From: Candidatus Woesearchaeota archaeon
GTDB lineage: Archaea > Nanobdellota > Nanobdellia > Pacearchaeales > GW2011-AR1
DNA: 64,000 nucleotides
Assembly: GCA_964365855.1 (NCBI GenBank)
Contig: CAYIRC010000002.1
Coordinates: 1,781-65,780, forward strand
Direction of reading: 5' to 3'
In this document: positions 1 through 10,700 of the stretch, piece by piece
Layout of the letters: every line of letters begins with the position of its first letter
Numbering within the stretch: position 1 is the stretch's first letter
Program-made: the position numbers and the translations under genes
The notes under the pieces: generated by a model
Database searches by the model: none
What the model was told of the DNA's origin: nothing
The model's input: the letters and a program-made list of their open reading frames with translations, nothing else

Positions 1-193
1 CATATGCCCAGCTTCTTGGAGAAGAATTCCAGTATCCTGATTTCATGCCTACCAGCCCCTTCAATTTTTGGATTAATTTTTTTGCTTTGTCAGTAGATGG
101 ATTTTTGCAGAAATCTAATTCTAGTTGATTAATTCTTGAGTTTTCTTCAGCAAGTTCTTCATTCCTTGCAATATCGGTTAATGCATCTGACAT
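1..193 (-). CDS. hypothetical protein, 3' end truncated by window start (MSDALTDIARNEELAEENSRINQLELDF...)
   Basis: By hand I translated the minus strand from an ATG at 191-193; the frame stays open to position 1. No recognisable motif. Confidence 0.3.
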   Translation of the reverse strand, partial: MSDALTDIARNEELAEENSRINQLELDFCKNPSTDKAKKLIQKLKGLVGMKSGYWNSSPRSWAY

Positions 194-224
194 AAAAGAA
201 TTCCAGATTAGAATTATTTAAAGA

Positions 225-437
225 TTATTGTGATTGTGTATCTGAGCTTAAATATGCAGTCAAGATATCGCATAATTCAGAGTCATATATGGGGTCTTTT
301 CCTCCCCTTGCTCTTGCTTGATTCAATCTGTCTCTAAAAGCAATATATTTTCTTTTTGATTCCTCCTTACTTGAAGACTGAAAGCTCTTTGACAAAAATT
401 CCTGCGTTATATATCTTTCATCTAGCTCACTGCTCAT
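225..437 (-). CDS. hypothetical small protein (70 aa)
   Basis: ORF track entry; basic and S/E-rich; no recognisable domain. Confidence 0.3.
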   Translation of the reverse strand: MSSELDERYITQEFLSKSFQSSSKEESKRKYIAFRDRLNQARARGGKDPIYDSELCDILTAYLSSDTQSQ

Positions 438-498
438 AGCATTGTGAAATTAAAAAAAGTTATAAATATTATTGTATTATTCGCTATCATTTATCAGT

Positions 499-1056
499 TC
501 ATTTTCTTCTTCCAATTAAAAATCCAACTAAACCTCCAGCAGCAAATCCGCCTGCAGCAACAGCGACATCATGCCAGTAATTCCTCTCTTTTTCTCCAAT
601 CCAATAAGTGCCAGAATCATAATTACTAGCAAAAATTCCTTTTTTATGATTTGACAATCTTTTTTCTGCAAATATAATATCCTCTTCCCTTGAATTTTCA
701 TTTGGAGGGAAATAAGCATAGCTTCCATCTCTCTCAATTGAGCTTCTTACTTCTTCAATTTCTCCTTCTTTAATTTTATCATAAGAGCAAGGGCAGACAA
801 AAATGCTTGTTTCCTCTAAAATTTCAGGATAAATCCTGCTTAATCTGTCAGGATATTCTTTATATTTATCATGATACTGCTCTAAAGCAATAGAAAGTTG
901 TTTCAAATTTGACTGGCAAATAAACCTTCGAAGCGTTTCTGGCTTGGAGAAAATATCTCCCAGAAAAAAACTGCCAATTGTCAAAGCACCTGTGATAATA
1001 TAAGTACAAACAGCCATTCCTATCAATCCTGAAGGAGTTATTCTTCCAAATTTCAT
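499..1056 (-). CDS. membrane protein with an N-terminal TM helix followed by a bacterial pseudopilin/DUF1559-like motif (CQSNLKQLSIALEQYHD) and a C-terminal Gly-rich TM segment
   Basis: The ORF has hydrophobic N- and C-termini. The motif resembles the xCxNNLKQIGLALHNYHD box that follows the prepilin helix in bacterial type II secretion pseudopilin/DUF1559 proteins. Confidence 0.45.
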   Translation of the reverse strand: MKFGRITPSGLIGMAVCTYIITGALTIGSFFLGDIFSKPETLRRFICQSNLKQLSIALEQYHDKYKEYPDRLSRIYPEILEETSIFVCPCSYDKIKEGEIEEVRSSIERDGSYAYFPPNENSREEDIIFAEKRLSNHKKGIFASNYDSGTYWIGEKERNYWHDVAVAAGGFAAGGLVGFLIGRRK

Positions 1057-1086
1057 ATAGCTAATAGTTATTTCAAGAATAAATAT

Positions 1087-4000
1087 TTACTGATGCTCAG
1101 CCAATCCCTTTCTGTCTCTTATCTTCCTAATAACTCCATACTGCAGGTTAGAAGGTAGCTTCTGGAATGTCTGGTCCATTAAGCTTGAAACTCCTCTTCC
1201 TTCTGTCGCACTTCTTAAATCATTGCTCCATCCAATCATTTCAGCTACCGGGATTTTAGCTTTGATAAATACTTCTGATTCTCTCTGCTCAACATTAATT
1301 AAAACTCCTCTCTTGCTTCCAACTAATTGTGTAACAGCCCCCATAAATTCAATAGGCGCTTCAATCATATGTGTTTGAATTGGCTCAAGTATTGCAGGCC
1401 CGCATTTCTTCATGCATTCAAACATTCCAAGCCTAACAGCTGGATAAACCTGTGCAGGCCCTCTATGCATATGGTCAACGTGAATTCTTATATCATGTAA
1501 AATCAGCTTTGATTTCATTAAAGGCTCTTTAGCTAATGGCCCACCGTCAACAACTAATTTCCATCCATCCATAATCGAGTCTATAATCTCGCCTAAAAGA
1601 ACAATTCCTCTTGTCCTGTCCTCGAAAACATTTCCTTTGTAAATCTCCCTATACTGTCTTGCTTCTTCATTTGAAATCCCTAATCCAGAAAGCTTCTTCC
1701 ATACATCTTCAACTTTTTTCTTGAATCTCACTTCAGGCAGTTCGCCTCTTTCAATTGTTTCATAAACATTATCTTCTAATGGCTCCATGCTAAAGTGAAA
1801 GATGTTATGCCCGTTTGGTGTTCTGACTTCAAGCTCTCCGCAGGGTTTTGAAATTGTTTCCCTATATACAACAATAGGGGCCCCGGTTTTTACTTCAAGC
1901 CCTTTCTCGCTCTTGATTCTTCCTTCTATAATCTCTAGGTGAAGTTCGCCCATACCAGAAATTAAATTTTCGCCAGTCTCTTCATTGATTTCAACTTTAA
2001 TGCTAGGGTCTTCCTTTGAAACCTTTCTCAAAACTTCAATTAATTTTGGCAGGTCAGCCGACCTTACAACTTCAATTGATTTTGTAATAACTGGCTGAAA
2101 TAAATGCCTAATTTCTTCAAATGGAGTCTGCTCTGTAATAGTTATTGTATCTCCGACATCTGCATTCAATCCTGAAACTGCAAGTACATTGCCGGCAGGA
2201 ACTCTTTCTAATTGTTCTGGCTTAATTCCATTGTAAACTAAAACCTGCTGTATCTTCCCTTTAGTCTTGGATTTATTGGCATAAACTTCCATTCCATTTA
2301 CAATTGTTCCGGAATACAAGCGCCCTGCTGAAATTTCCTTTCCAGACCTTGGGTCAATTACAATTTTTGTAATAATAAATGCCACCTCTCCTTCTTTATT
2401 GCATGCCAGTAAATCCTTGCCAAACTTGCTGTTCAAATCACCTGTCCAGATTTTTGGAATCCTATATTTCTGGGCTTCAATTGGATTAGGCAGATGCTTA
2501 ACAGCCATATCAAGAACAACTTCATGCAAAGGAGCATATTCCCAAACCCATTTTTTTCTTTCTTCGCCTTCTAATTCATAAATTTTGTAAATATCCTTAA
2601 AGCTTATATTCTTTTTCTTCATAAAGGGGATTGATAATGCCCAGTTGTCTCTTGCACTTCCAAATGCAACGCTTCCATCAAGAACATTGACTTTCCATTT
2701 TTCTTTATATTCAGGCTCTGCAATTTGCATTATTAAATTATTAAACGCTTCAATTATTTTCATAAATCTCTGTTGCATTTGTTCAGGATTTAATTTCAAT
2801 TCTTTGATTAGTCTGTCAACTTTATTAATAAACAAAATTGGCTTTACCCTCTCTCTTAGTGCCTGCTTCAAAACAGTTTCTGTTTGCGGCATAATTCCTT
2901 CTGAAGCGCAGACAAGAACAAATGTGCCGTCAATAGCTCTCATTGCTCTTGTAACATTTCCGGAAAAATCAACATGCCCGGGAGTATCAATCAAATTAAT
3001 CAGATATTCCTGCCCATGATATTCGTGAACCATTGAAACATTTGCAGCATCAACAGTCATAAGCCTTTCCTGTTCATCAGCGTGCTGCCATGTAGTCATT
3101 CCTTCATCTAAATTTCCTGCATTTTTTTCAGCCATCATTCCTGCAGCAGCCAAAAGATTATCTGTAAATGCCGTATTGTGTATAACCATTCCGCCAGCAA
3201 TAAAATTATGAGTTACAGGAATTGTAAAATCATAAACAATATCTTCAAATCCTTCTTCTATTTTTGTAACATCAATATACGCAAGTTCTTCATTTGCAAA
3301 ATCTTTTATCTTCTTATTTAACATCATCATTTGATTTCCAGACCTTACTTTATCACAAACAATGCTTCCTGATGCTTTTTCAATTAAAATTTTTAATTTT
3401 TCAGCTTTCTCATATAATCCAAACCCGATTTCTTTTTCAAAATTAATTGCAGAAACTCCTGAAATCGCAAGGGTGTTGTCTTTTTCTTTTATTCCAATAC
3501 AGCCAAATCTTAATAAAAGCAAATGCAAATCTTTTATCATCTGGTTGCTTGCAGAGCTTATTGTAATTGCACTTCTTGATTTTTCAACACATCCATCAGT
3601 ATCAAAATAGCCGCTCAATAAATTTGTAATATTCTTATTTGAATTTTGCCATACAAAATCAGAAATTTTAATATTATGTGATTTTTGCCTTAAAGGATAA
3701 TCAAATAAGCTGTTTAATATTTCGGCAAAAGTCATATTCGTATGCACTTCAGGCGTTTTATCAATTCTTTCAACTTTTTTTACTTCAACTCCAAGTTTTT
3801 CAAAAAATACAACTACTTTTTCAGCAAGTTCCTGTTTTCCAGCAATAAATTTTTTATTAGAGCCATCACCAATAAATAATCCTGCAATATAAAATAACTC
3901 TTCAAAGTTTTGAGGCAATTTTATCGCAATAGAATTTTGCCCTCTTTGTTTTCCAGTTCTAAACCATATACTCTCTATTTTATCATAAGCATCAGCTAAT

Positions 4001-4698
4001 GAAATATTAAATATTCTGCATATTTCAACAAAATCTTTTAAGTTATATCTATTCTGCCAAATTCCATGATAAAATGATTTTTGTTTTATACTAATTTTTA
4101 TCTTCTTTATTCCAAACTTCAAAATTTTATTCTTTAATACATTTGCAAAATTTTCTTTAAGCTTAACATAAAAGTTCTTCTTAGAAAGCTTCTCAAGAAT
4201 TGCTTTTTTGACATCCATATTGCTATCAACATTTAATTTTCTTGAACAAACTATTCTATCTCCTAATTTCAAATCCTTTACTTCAACATCTTCAAATCCG
4301 TTCCTTAATGCAATATATTTATGCTCAGGAGTAGTCACCATTTCAAATCCGTTCCTTAAAGTTATTCTTATTGTTCTTCCGCCTTTCAGTCTCCATGCAT
4401 ACTGAATCGTTTTTTTCTCAATGCTTCCAGTCAGTTTATTTAATGAAAATATTTCTATCTCTTTATTTGGCACAAAAACAGTATGTTCCTCATTTTCCTC
4501 ATAAACTTTGCCATCTTTTGCAACTTCTTCAAAAATATCTTTGGCATTTTTTGCCTGCCCATTTGTCAAAACCAATCTTGTATCGCCTGCCACACATTTG
4601 CCGTGGTGAATATGCGCGCTTGTCGCTATGTTTCTTATGTTTTTCTGGCTTGAAATCAGCCTTTTTATCTTGTCTAATGATGCTTCTTTGTCTGCCAT
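1087..4698 (-). CDS. fusA: translation elongation factor 2 (aEF-2) carrying a 474-aa intein in the P-loop
   Basis: Starts IRNIATSAHIHHGK, then C...HN, then resumes TAFTDNLLAAAGMMAEK. G-domain motifs (DTPGHVDF), overall EF-2 collinearity and a C-terminus typical of aEF-2 are present. 1203 aa minus 474 aa gives 729 aa, a normal EF-2 length. Confidence 0.95.
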   Translation of the reverse strand: MADKEASLDKIKRLISSQKNIRNIATSAHIHHGKCVAGDTRLVLTNGQAKNAKDIFEEVAKDGKVYEENEEHTVFVPNKEIEIFSLNKLTGSIEKKTIQYAWRLKGGRTIRITLRNGFEMVTTPEHKYIALRNGFEDVEVKDLKLGDRIVCSRKLNVDSNMDVKKAILEKLSKKNFYVKLKENFANVLKNKILKFGIKKIKISIKQKSFYHGIWQNRYNLKDFVEICRIFNISLADAYDKIESIWFRTGKQRGQNSIAIKLPQNFEELFYIAGLFIGDGSNKKFIAGKQELAEKVVVFFEKLGVEVKKVERIDKTPEVHTNMTFAEILNSLFDYPLRQKSHNIKISDFVWQNSNKNITNLLSGYFDTDGCVEKSRSAITISSASNQMIKDLHLLLLRFGCIGIKEKDNTLAISGVSAINFEKEIGFGLYEKAEKLKILIEKASGSIVCDKVRSGNQMMMLNKKIKDFANEELAYIDVTKIEEGFEDIVYDFTIPVTHNFIAGGMVIHNTAFTDNLLAAAGMMAEKNAGNLDEGMTTWQHADEQERLMTVDAANVSMVHEYHGQEYLINLIDTPGHVDFSGNVTRAMRAIDGTFVLVCASEGIMPQTETVLKQALRERVKPILFINKVDRLIKELKLNPEQMQQRFMKIIEAFNNLIMQIAEPEYKEKWKVNVLDGSVAFGSARDNWALSIPFMKKKNISFKDIYKIYELEGEERKKWVWEYAPLHEVVLDMAVKHLPNPIEAQKYRIPKIWTGDLNSKFGKDLLACNKEGEVAFIITKIVIDPRSGKEISAGRLYSGTIVNGMEVYANKSKTKGKIQQVLVYNGIKPEQLERVPAGNVLAVSGLNADVGDTITITEQTPFEEIRHLFQPVITKSIEVVRSADLPKLIEVLRKVSKEDPSIKVEINEETGENLISGMGELHLEIIEGRIKSEKGLEVKTGAPIVVYRETISKPCGELEVRTPNGHNIFHFSMEPLEDNVYETIERGELPEVRFKKKVEDVWKKLSGLGISNEEARQYREIYKGNVFEDRTRGIVLLGEIIDSIMDGWKLVVDGGPLAKEPLMKSKLILHDIRIHVDHMHRGPAQVYPAVRLGMFECMKKCGPAILEPIQTHMIEAPIEFMGAVTQLVGSKRGVLINVEQRESEVFIKAKIPVAEMIGWSNDLRSATEGRGVSSLMDQTFQKLPSNLQYGVIRKIRDRKGLAEHQ
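3175..4596 (-). mobile_element. intein (residues C35-N508 of EF-2) with LAGLIDADG homing-endonuclease motifs
   Basis: N-terminal CVAGDTRLVL (block A); TTPEHKY (block B TxxH); LFYIAGLFIGDGS and LLSGYFDTDGCV (LAGLIDADG pair); C-terminal VYDFTIPVTHNFIAGGMVIHN followed by a +1 Thr. Inserted between K and T of the P-loop GHxDHGK|T. Confidence 0.85.
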
Positions 4699-5020
4699 TT
4701 TGCGCTAATTTGGAATAAGCTTCCATAAGAAAATAGCTTTTTAAAGCTTTACCCGATTAGGAAATTAATCTGCAAAACTATATCTGCTTCTTCCAAAAAA
4801 AGAGTCATGTTCAAGTTCAAGAGAACTGCAATGTTTTGTATAATATTGTCTCGGATGTTTGACTACAGAACTGCGCTGGTTTGGCTGATGCCTGTATAAA
4901 TAAAAAGAATTTTGCCTCATTGCCTGTGGAACAGCCTTGGTTCCCTTTGTTTTTTGTCTTGACATTTTATTTTGATTATTTTTGACTTTATAAATATTAT
5001 TAATAAATAAATTATAGTTT

Positions 5021-5665
5021 TTACAGACACTTCTCCAGAAGGTTAGATATAGTTATGAATTTATAATGCCTTTTCTTTAATTCAATTATCGCTCTTTTTG
5101 TTATTTCAATAATGTCTTTGTTTCTGCCAATATTTTCAAGATAGTCATGCATATTGATAATAGAGCCATTTCTTGTTTTTCTCAAAACATTATCAACCGC
5201 GTATTCAACGCCTTTCAATCTCCAGTTATGAGAAATTGCATCGCAATAAACAATTTTTTTCCCAAGTTTTTTGCATACATTATAAGCATTAAATCCAATG
5301 CGCAGATATGGTGGTCTCATAATCTTTGTTTTTATACCCAATAATTTATCTGTCTCTTCAATCTCATCTTCAATAAATTTTTTAGATTTAAACAGCAAGG
5401 ATTTATGCGAAAAAGTATGATTTCCAATTTCATGTTTATCTTTCTTTATTTTTTTCAAAATATTCTCTCTGCCTTCGATTCTTTTTCCCTCAATAAAAAA
5501 AGTTGCTTTAATGTTAAATTTTTTTAAAAGTTTTAATAATCCAAGAGTCTCTTCTGAAAGAGAGTCATCATAAGTTAATGCAATTTTTCTTTCTTTTCTC
5601 GAACCATGAAAATAAATATTACCCAAATGTTCTGGAAGACTAAGATAATTCGGCCATAATTCCAT
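5021..5665 (-). CDS. polysaccharide deacetylase (CE4/NodB family)
   Basis: IALTYDDS, IGNHTFSHKSL and RPPY motifs are typical of NodB-homology deacetylases. Confidence 0.75.
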   Translation of the reverse strand: MELWPNYLSLPEHLGNIYFHGSRKERKIALTYDDSLSEETLGLLKLLKKFNIKATFFIEGKRIEGRENILKKIKKDKHEIGNHTFSHKSLLFKSKKFIEDEIEETDKLLGIKTKIMRPPYLRIGFNAYNVCKKLGKKIVYCDAISHNWRLKGVEYAVDNVLRKTRNGSIINMHDYLENIGRNKDIIEITKRAIIELKKRHYKFITISNLLEKCL

Positions 5666-5695
5666 TTATGTTTTAAAATAAGATTATTAATAAAT

Positions 5696-6313
5696 TTATC
5701 TCGCAGAATCAGCCTGCTTTTCAGCCTCGTTTCTCTTGCCGGCTGCAAAGCTTTCCATATTATTTTCAGAAGCCATTACAATTTCATTTGTAAGAGTTTC
5801 AGCTATCTTTTTCTTTTTGCCAAATGCTTTTCCATAAGCTCCTTGCACAAACCATCTTATTGCCAAATTGACGCGCCTGCTTGGACTGCAGTCAACAGCC
5901 TGTGGATACCTTGCTCCGCCAGATTCAATTACTGTAATCTCATCTCTTGGAGAGCCATAATTAACAGCATCAACTAAAACCTGCACCGGATTTTTCTTTG
6001 TCCTTTCCTGTATAAGTTGAAGAACCTTAAGAACTGTTTTCATGTTCATATTATATTTTCCAGAACTCCAGCTTGTGATTATTCTATGTTTCTTGCCTGC
6101 ATGCCCGGGAACAGCAAGCCTATTTGCAAGTCTTTCAACGATATTGACTTTTGTATTTGCAAATTTCTCAATATTTCTTCCCTGTGATTTAAGAAGCAAC
6201 TTTGGCTCTAAATTAATAAAAGGCTTAAGAGCAGGGTCTTTTATTTTTATATCTGAAACATCATATAAATCAAATAATTTAAATTCAATATCTTTATTTT
6301 TTTCTTCTGCCAT
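5696..6313 (-). CDS. rps7: 30S ribosomal protein S7 (uS7)
   Basis: KLFDLYD...IVERLANRLAVPGHAGKK fits the archaeal uS7 pattern; it sits in the canonical position downstream of S12. Confidence 0.9.
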   Translation of the reverse strand: MAEEKNKDIEFKLFDLYDVSDIKIKDPALKPFINLEPKLLLKSQGRNIEKFANTKVNIVERLANRLAVPGHAGKKHRIITSWSSGKYNMNMKTVLKVLQLIQERTKKNPVQVLVDAVNYGSPRDEITVIESGGARYPQAVDCSPSRRVNLAIRWFVQGAYGKAFGKKKKIAETLTNEIVMASENNMESFAAGKRNEAEKQADSAR

Positions 6314-6714
6314 TATGCTGCTCTCCTGACAATTTTATTTTGTTCATTAATTCCAAAAATAGCCTGCAATTCATCATAATCATCAGGTTCATAAGATAAT
6401 TTAAATTTTAATATTTCTGAATAAAAGCCATGTTCTATATAAAAGAACTTTGGCATTTCATTGTCTTCATCTCTAAAAGGAATATTTGCAGAAGGATTCT
6501 TTCTTTGAAGTATGTCAATTCCTCCTCTGTCAAATCTTAAAATTCCTTGATAAACTGCTCCATTCACAATACTTTTATAAGTTACCATTTGTCCCACACA
6601 TGCACCCAATTGCCTTAAACCATCAACACCAACAGATTCTTTTTCATCAGACTCAACTAATTCTAATGTTGCATTGCTTCCAACTGTCTGGCAAACTGTA
6701 TCAATCCATGTCAT
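6313..6714 (-). CDS. hypothetical protein (133 aa) inserted between S12 and S7
   Basis: ORF butted tightly against rps12 (ends 2 bp before it) and overlapping the rps7 start. No recognisable ribosomal-protein motif. Confidence 0.5.
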   Translation of the reverse strand: MTWIDTVCQTVGSNATLELVESDEKESVGVDGLRQLGACVGQMVTYKSIVNGAVYQGILRFDRGGIDILQRKNPSANIPFRDEDNEMPKFFYIEHGFYSEILKFKLSYEPDDYDELQAIFGINEQNKIVRRAA

Positions 6715-6715
6715 T

Positions 6716-7138
6716 TTATCTTCTGCCCTTCTCTATCTTGCCTTTTACAAGCAGTCGTAAAGGCTGATCATTTACTTTGATGACTGAAAATCTGATTCCA
6801 GGAATATCTCCCTTAGTTCTTCCCATTCCCCCGCCAATTCTTTGGATAATAACTTCATCGTGTTCATCAATAAATCTCTGCGCTAAATTTCCAGGAATGA
6901 ATGCTCCAACCTGGATTCCATTTTTGATTAACTGCACCTTGCAGCATTTTCTCATTGCAGAATTTGGCTGTTTTGCTTCTTTTTGGAATTTTGAAATTAC
7001 AATTCCCTTTGCTTGTGATGCCCCTTCAAGAGGATCAACTTTTTTTTGCAAATTCATAGCCCTTGCTTTATATTCTCTCTGGCTCCATCTAAATTTTCGC
7101 CTATTTTTCATTAATTTCATTGCATTTTTTAGTCCCAT
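6716..7138 (-). CDS. rps12: 30S ribosomal protein S12 (uS12)
   Basis: [17 protein letters not shown]...[16 protein letters not shown] is the uS12 signature. Confidence 0.92.
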   Translation of the reverse strand: MGLKNAMKLMKNRRKFRWSQREYKARAMNLQKKVDPLEGASQAKGIVISKFQKEAKQPNSAMRKCCKVQLIKNGIQVGAFIPGNLAQRFIDEHDEVIIQRIGGGMGRTKGDIPGIRFSVIKVNDQPLRLLVKGKIEKGRR

Positions 7139-7183
7139 ATTTTTAGCTAATTATTTTGGTTTTTAAATCTTTAGATGTAAGAT

Positions 7184-7600
7184 CTAGACAATTTTTAAGT
7201 TAATTGTAAAACAATCTTGCAGTATTTGTTTTAATTCTTCCAATCTTTTTTTGTCTCGTCCTATCAAAGCAGCCTTATTTTGTGTCCCGCCGGCTGTTAA
7301 TATAAATAATCCTCCCCTTTGTTCAAGTGATTTGAATCTTATTGGCGATACAATATCTTCAACAAATCTTTTTGCATCTCCTAAACTTTCTGCTTCTTCA
7401 ATTATTCTTATTCTCTTGCCAAGATTTTGCTGAATTCTTTTTACATTTAATGCATCTGGCCCAATAGCTTTAGAAACAAGTTTTTTAGGAACAGCGAAAA
7501 TAATTGTATTGTTGTATATAAAGCATTTTCTTGTTTTAACATTTGAGGTTCTGTCTAACAAATTTATATACCTCATAGTTTGCATATTTATTATTGACAT
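7184..7600 (-). CDS. nusA: archaeal NusA-like KH-domain transcription termination/antitermination protein
   Basis: ~140 aa with a KH-like GPDALNVKRIQQNLGKRIRIIE segment; position between rpoA and S12 as in archaeal operons. Confidence 0.8.
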   Translation of the reverse strand: MSIINMQTMRYINLLDRTSNVKTRKCFIYNNTIIFAVPKKLVSKAIGPDALNVKRIQQNLGKRIRIIEEAESLGDAKRFVEDIVSPIRFKSLEQRGGLFILTAGGTQNKAALIGRDKKRLEELKQILQDCFTINLKIV

Positions 7601-7712
7601 CTTAATATCGAGAATTCCTGATTTTAATCAAGCAAATTTCATACAGATTAAAAAATTTTCCAATCATTTTTATAGGCTTTTTTCATCAAACAACTTTATA
7701 AATTTATCTTAA

Positions 7713-10700
7713 TTAATCCTCTTTTTTCTTCTTCTCTTTTTCAAGTTCTTTGTTTACTAAAGGGCCTGTAACTCTTACAAGAAGCCCTGGCAACCCTGTT
7801 CCAACTGGAATTGGCTGGTTAAGAAGGATATTTTCTATAACAGATTTAAGTTCATCTCTTCCGCCATGCATTGTAGCATTAATTATTTGTTTATCAGGTG
7901 TTTCAAATGTTGCTCTTGCAAGAATGCTTGCTTTATCAGATATAATCCCCATTCTTGTAACTCCTTTTATAACCCCCGATGAAGTCATTGAATCAGCAAC
8001 TAATTTCAAATGCCTCTCATTAATATCAAGTCCCTGGCTCTCAATAATTTTCTTGATTTCGTTAATTATAGTTTGTCTTGCTGCTTCAATTCCGAGAACA
8101 TTATTTACATCATAAATATCATTGCTCGTCATCCTATCCTTATCAACTCCTTTAATTTCCCTTACCTCTTTCATATTCGAGCCAGCTGTCAAAACAATAA
8201 AGTCTTTGCCTTTATTTGACACAACAACCTGGGTTATTCCTTTTACGCCGGAAATTATTGTGTCTTTTAATTTTTCTTTCAATTTATATATTGCTTTAAA
8301 GTCTAAGTCAGAAACATTAATACTTATCTTAAAGTCTTTTCCTTTTGCATTAATCAATTTCTCATTCAATCTTTCAATAATCTTTTGTGCACCTACATGA
8401 ACAGATTTTAATGCCTTTGCGTCCAGTTCAATTTCAATCTTTTTATTTCCAAAATCAATCTTTATTTCAGAAATTATTTCTTTCAATTTAACTTCTTTTA
8501 TTTTCTCAGCAATAACTCTTGCTTCCTTCTCATTATTGAATCCTCTCTCAAGATAAATTTCCATAGATGGTGTTGAAGGAATTTTTCTTGCATCAAGAAT
8601 TTCAATTAATCTTGGCAGTCCTAATGTAATTTGCATTTGTGCAACTCCCGCATGGTGGAATACTCTTAATACCATCTGTGTGGATGCTTCTCCAAATGAT
8701 TGTGCTGTTACAACCCCTACAGCTTCTCCTGGCGCCACTTTATTTTCTTTCAAATGTAATTTAGAAACATCTTTTCCGTCGTCACCCCACACAAATTGAA
8801 TAATATTTTCAGAAGCATCTCTGACTGTTCCATCATACTCAACTTTCAAATCTTGTAATGCGCTCACAAGCCTTCTGTATAAGTATCCTGACTTGGGTGT
8901 TCTTAATGCTGTATCCATTAAGCTGTCTCTTCCTGTTATTGCTCCAAAGAAAAATTCAGAAGGTTTCAATCCATTGAAGAATGCAGACTTGATAAAACCT
9001 CTTGCTTCTGGAGAGAGGTCTCCTTCTTTGAAGAAGGACAATGTTCTATTTGTATATCCAAAACTAACTCTCTTATTCCATAAAATCTGTTGTCCTACAC
9101 AACAGCCAATCTGAGTTATGTTAAGCATGCTTCCTGCAGCTTTAGGAGTTATCATTTTATTGACATTGCCATCCACCGGAAAATTTGATTGTACAATTCT
9201 GCCTGATTCAGTTCTTACTTCATTTAGAACTTGAGAAATTCTTGTCTCTCTTGTCTCTTCAAGAGTTTTTCCTGGAATAAGTATAAGATTTCCAGACTCA
9301 TATTCTTTGATTATTTCAGCAGTTTTCTTTTCAGCTGCAACAACAACTTCATCAGTCATTTTCTTAACTTTTTCAGAAACACTTAAGTCTTGTACAGATA
9401 ATGTATACCCTTTTCTTGAAAGATAAGTTGTGCCTAGTCTGAATGCCTTGTCTATTGTTTCCATTGTTATATCTCTTCCAGACTCTCTGTCAATAATCTT
9501 GACCATTTCTCCATCTTCAACACCAAATGAATTTGCGCCTGTAATTTCTTCATGGACTTTGATGCTTGAGCCTTTAGGAAGTATCTGGCTAAAAACTTCC
9601 CTGCCACTTATTTCTTTGCCTTTCGCTAAATTCATAACACCGGAACTAAACAATAGCTGGTCTGCTTCTTCTTTTGTGAGCTTGCTCTTGCTTAATATAT
9701 ATGCTCCAGTTACAGCATCAGCTTTTGTTCCAATTAAGTTCATATTATTTTTTGAAGAAATAATATTCTTGCTTACATCAAGAAGAATTTTAGCTTCTGC
9801 AAGTGCTTCTTCAGTCTGGGGGCTATGGATATTGCATTCATCTCCATCATAGTCTGCATTGTAAGGCTCTGCAGCGCCAGGATGAAGCCTGAATGTCCTG
9901 TTAGGCAAGACCCTTACATAATGCGCCATCAAGCTCTGCTTGTGCAATGAAGGATGTCTGTTAAACAATACAATATCTCCATCTCTTAAGTGTCTTTCAA
10001 TCTTATATCCTGGCTGTATTTCAATGCATAATTCTTCTTTCAAGTCATCTGTAATTCTCTTTTTCTTGCCATCAGTTCTGATTACATAATTTGCTCCAGG
10101 ATAATTTGCTCCTCTTCTAATAAGCTCTTTCATCTCTTCTATATTCATAGTTGTTACAGATTCTGCAACAGTAATTATTTTTGCAACTTCATATGGGATG
10201 CCAATTTCATTTAGCTTTATGCACGGATCAGGAGAAATAACAGTTCTTCCAGAATAGTTAACTCTCTTTCCGGCAAGATTATGTCTAATTCTTCCTTCTT
10301 TTCCTTTAATTCTGTCTGTCATTGTTTTCAATGGTTGCCCGGATCTATGTCTTGCAGGAGGAATCTTTGGGGTATTATTGTCAAAGAAAGTTGTAATATG
10401 ATACTGCAGCAAATCCCATAAGTCTTCAATAATAACTTCAGGAGCTCCAGCATTAAGGTTTTCCCATAATCTTTGATTTGACCTTATAATATCAGACAGC
10501 TTATGAGTTAATGCGTCTTCACTTCTTTCTCCGGATTCTAGTGTGATAGATGGTCTTACTGTTACAGAAGGTACAAGCAATAGTGATAATATTGCCCATT
10601 CAGGCCTGCATGTTTTAGGGTTAATTCCTATTTTCTTGAATTCGTCATCTGGAATATTAACAAGCCGTTCCCTGATTTCAATAGGAGAAAGCCTCTTTTT

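Noticed and set aside
2399-4726. Plus-strand ORFs inside EF-2 and its intein
   Set aside because: They are antisense to a confidently identified gene, with no motifs.
4765-4965. 66-aa highly basic ORF between EF-2 and the deacetylase
   Set aside because: I could not assign it to any ribosomal protein family. Its start coincides with an ATGTCAAG repeat core, so it may be repeat-derived. It is noted in a finding but not called as a gene.
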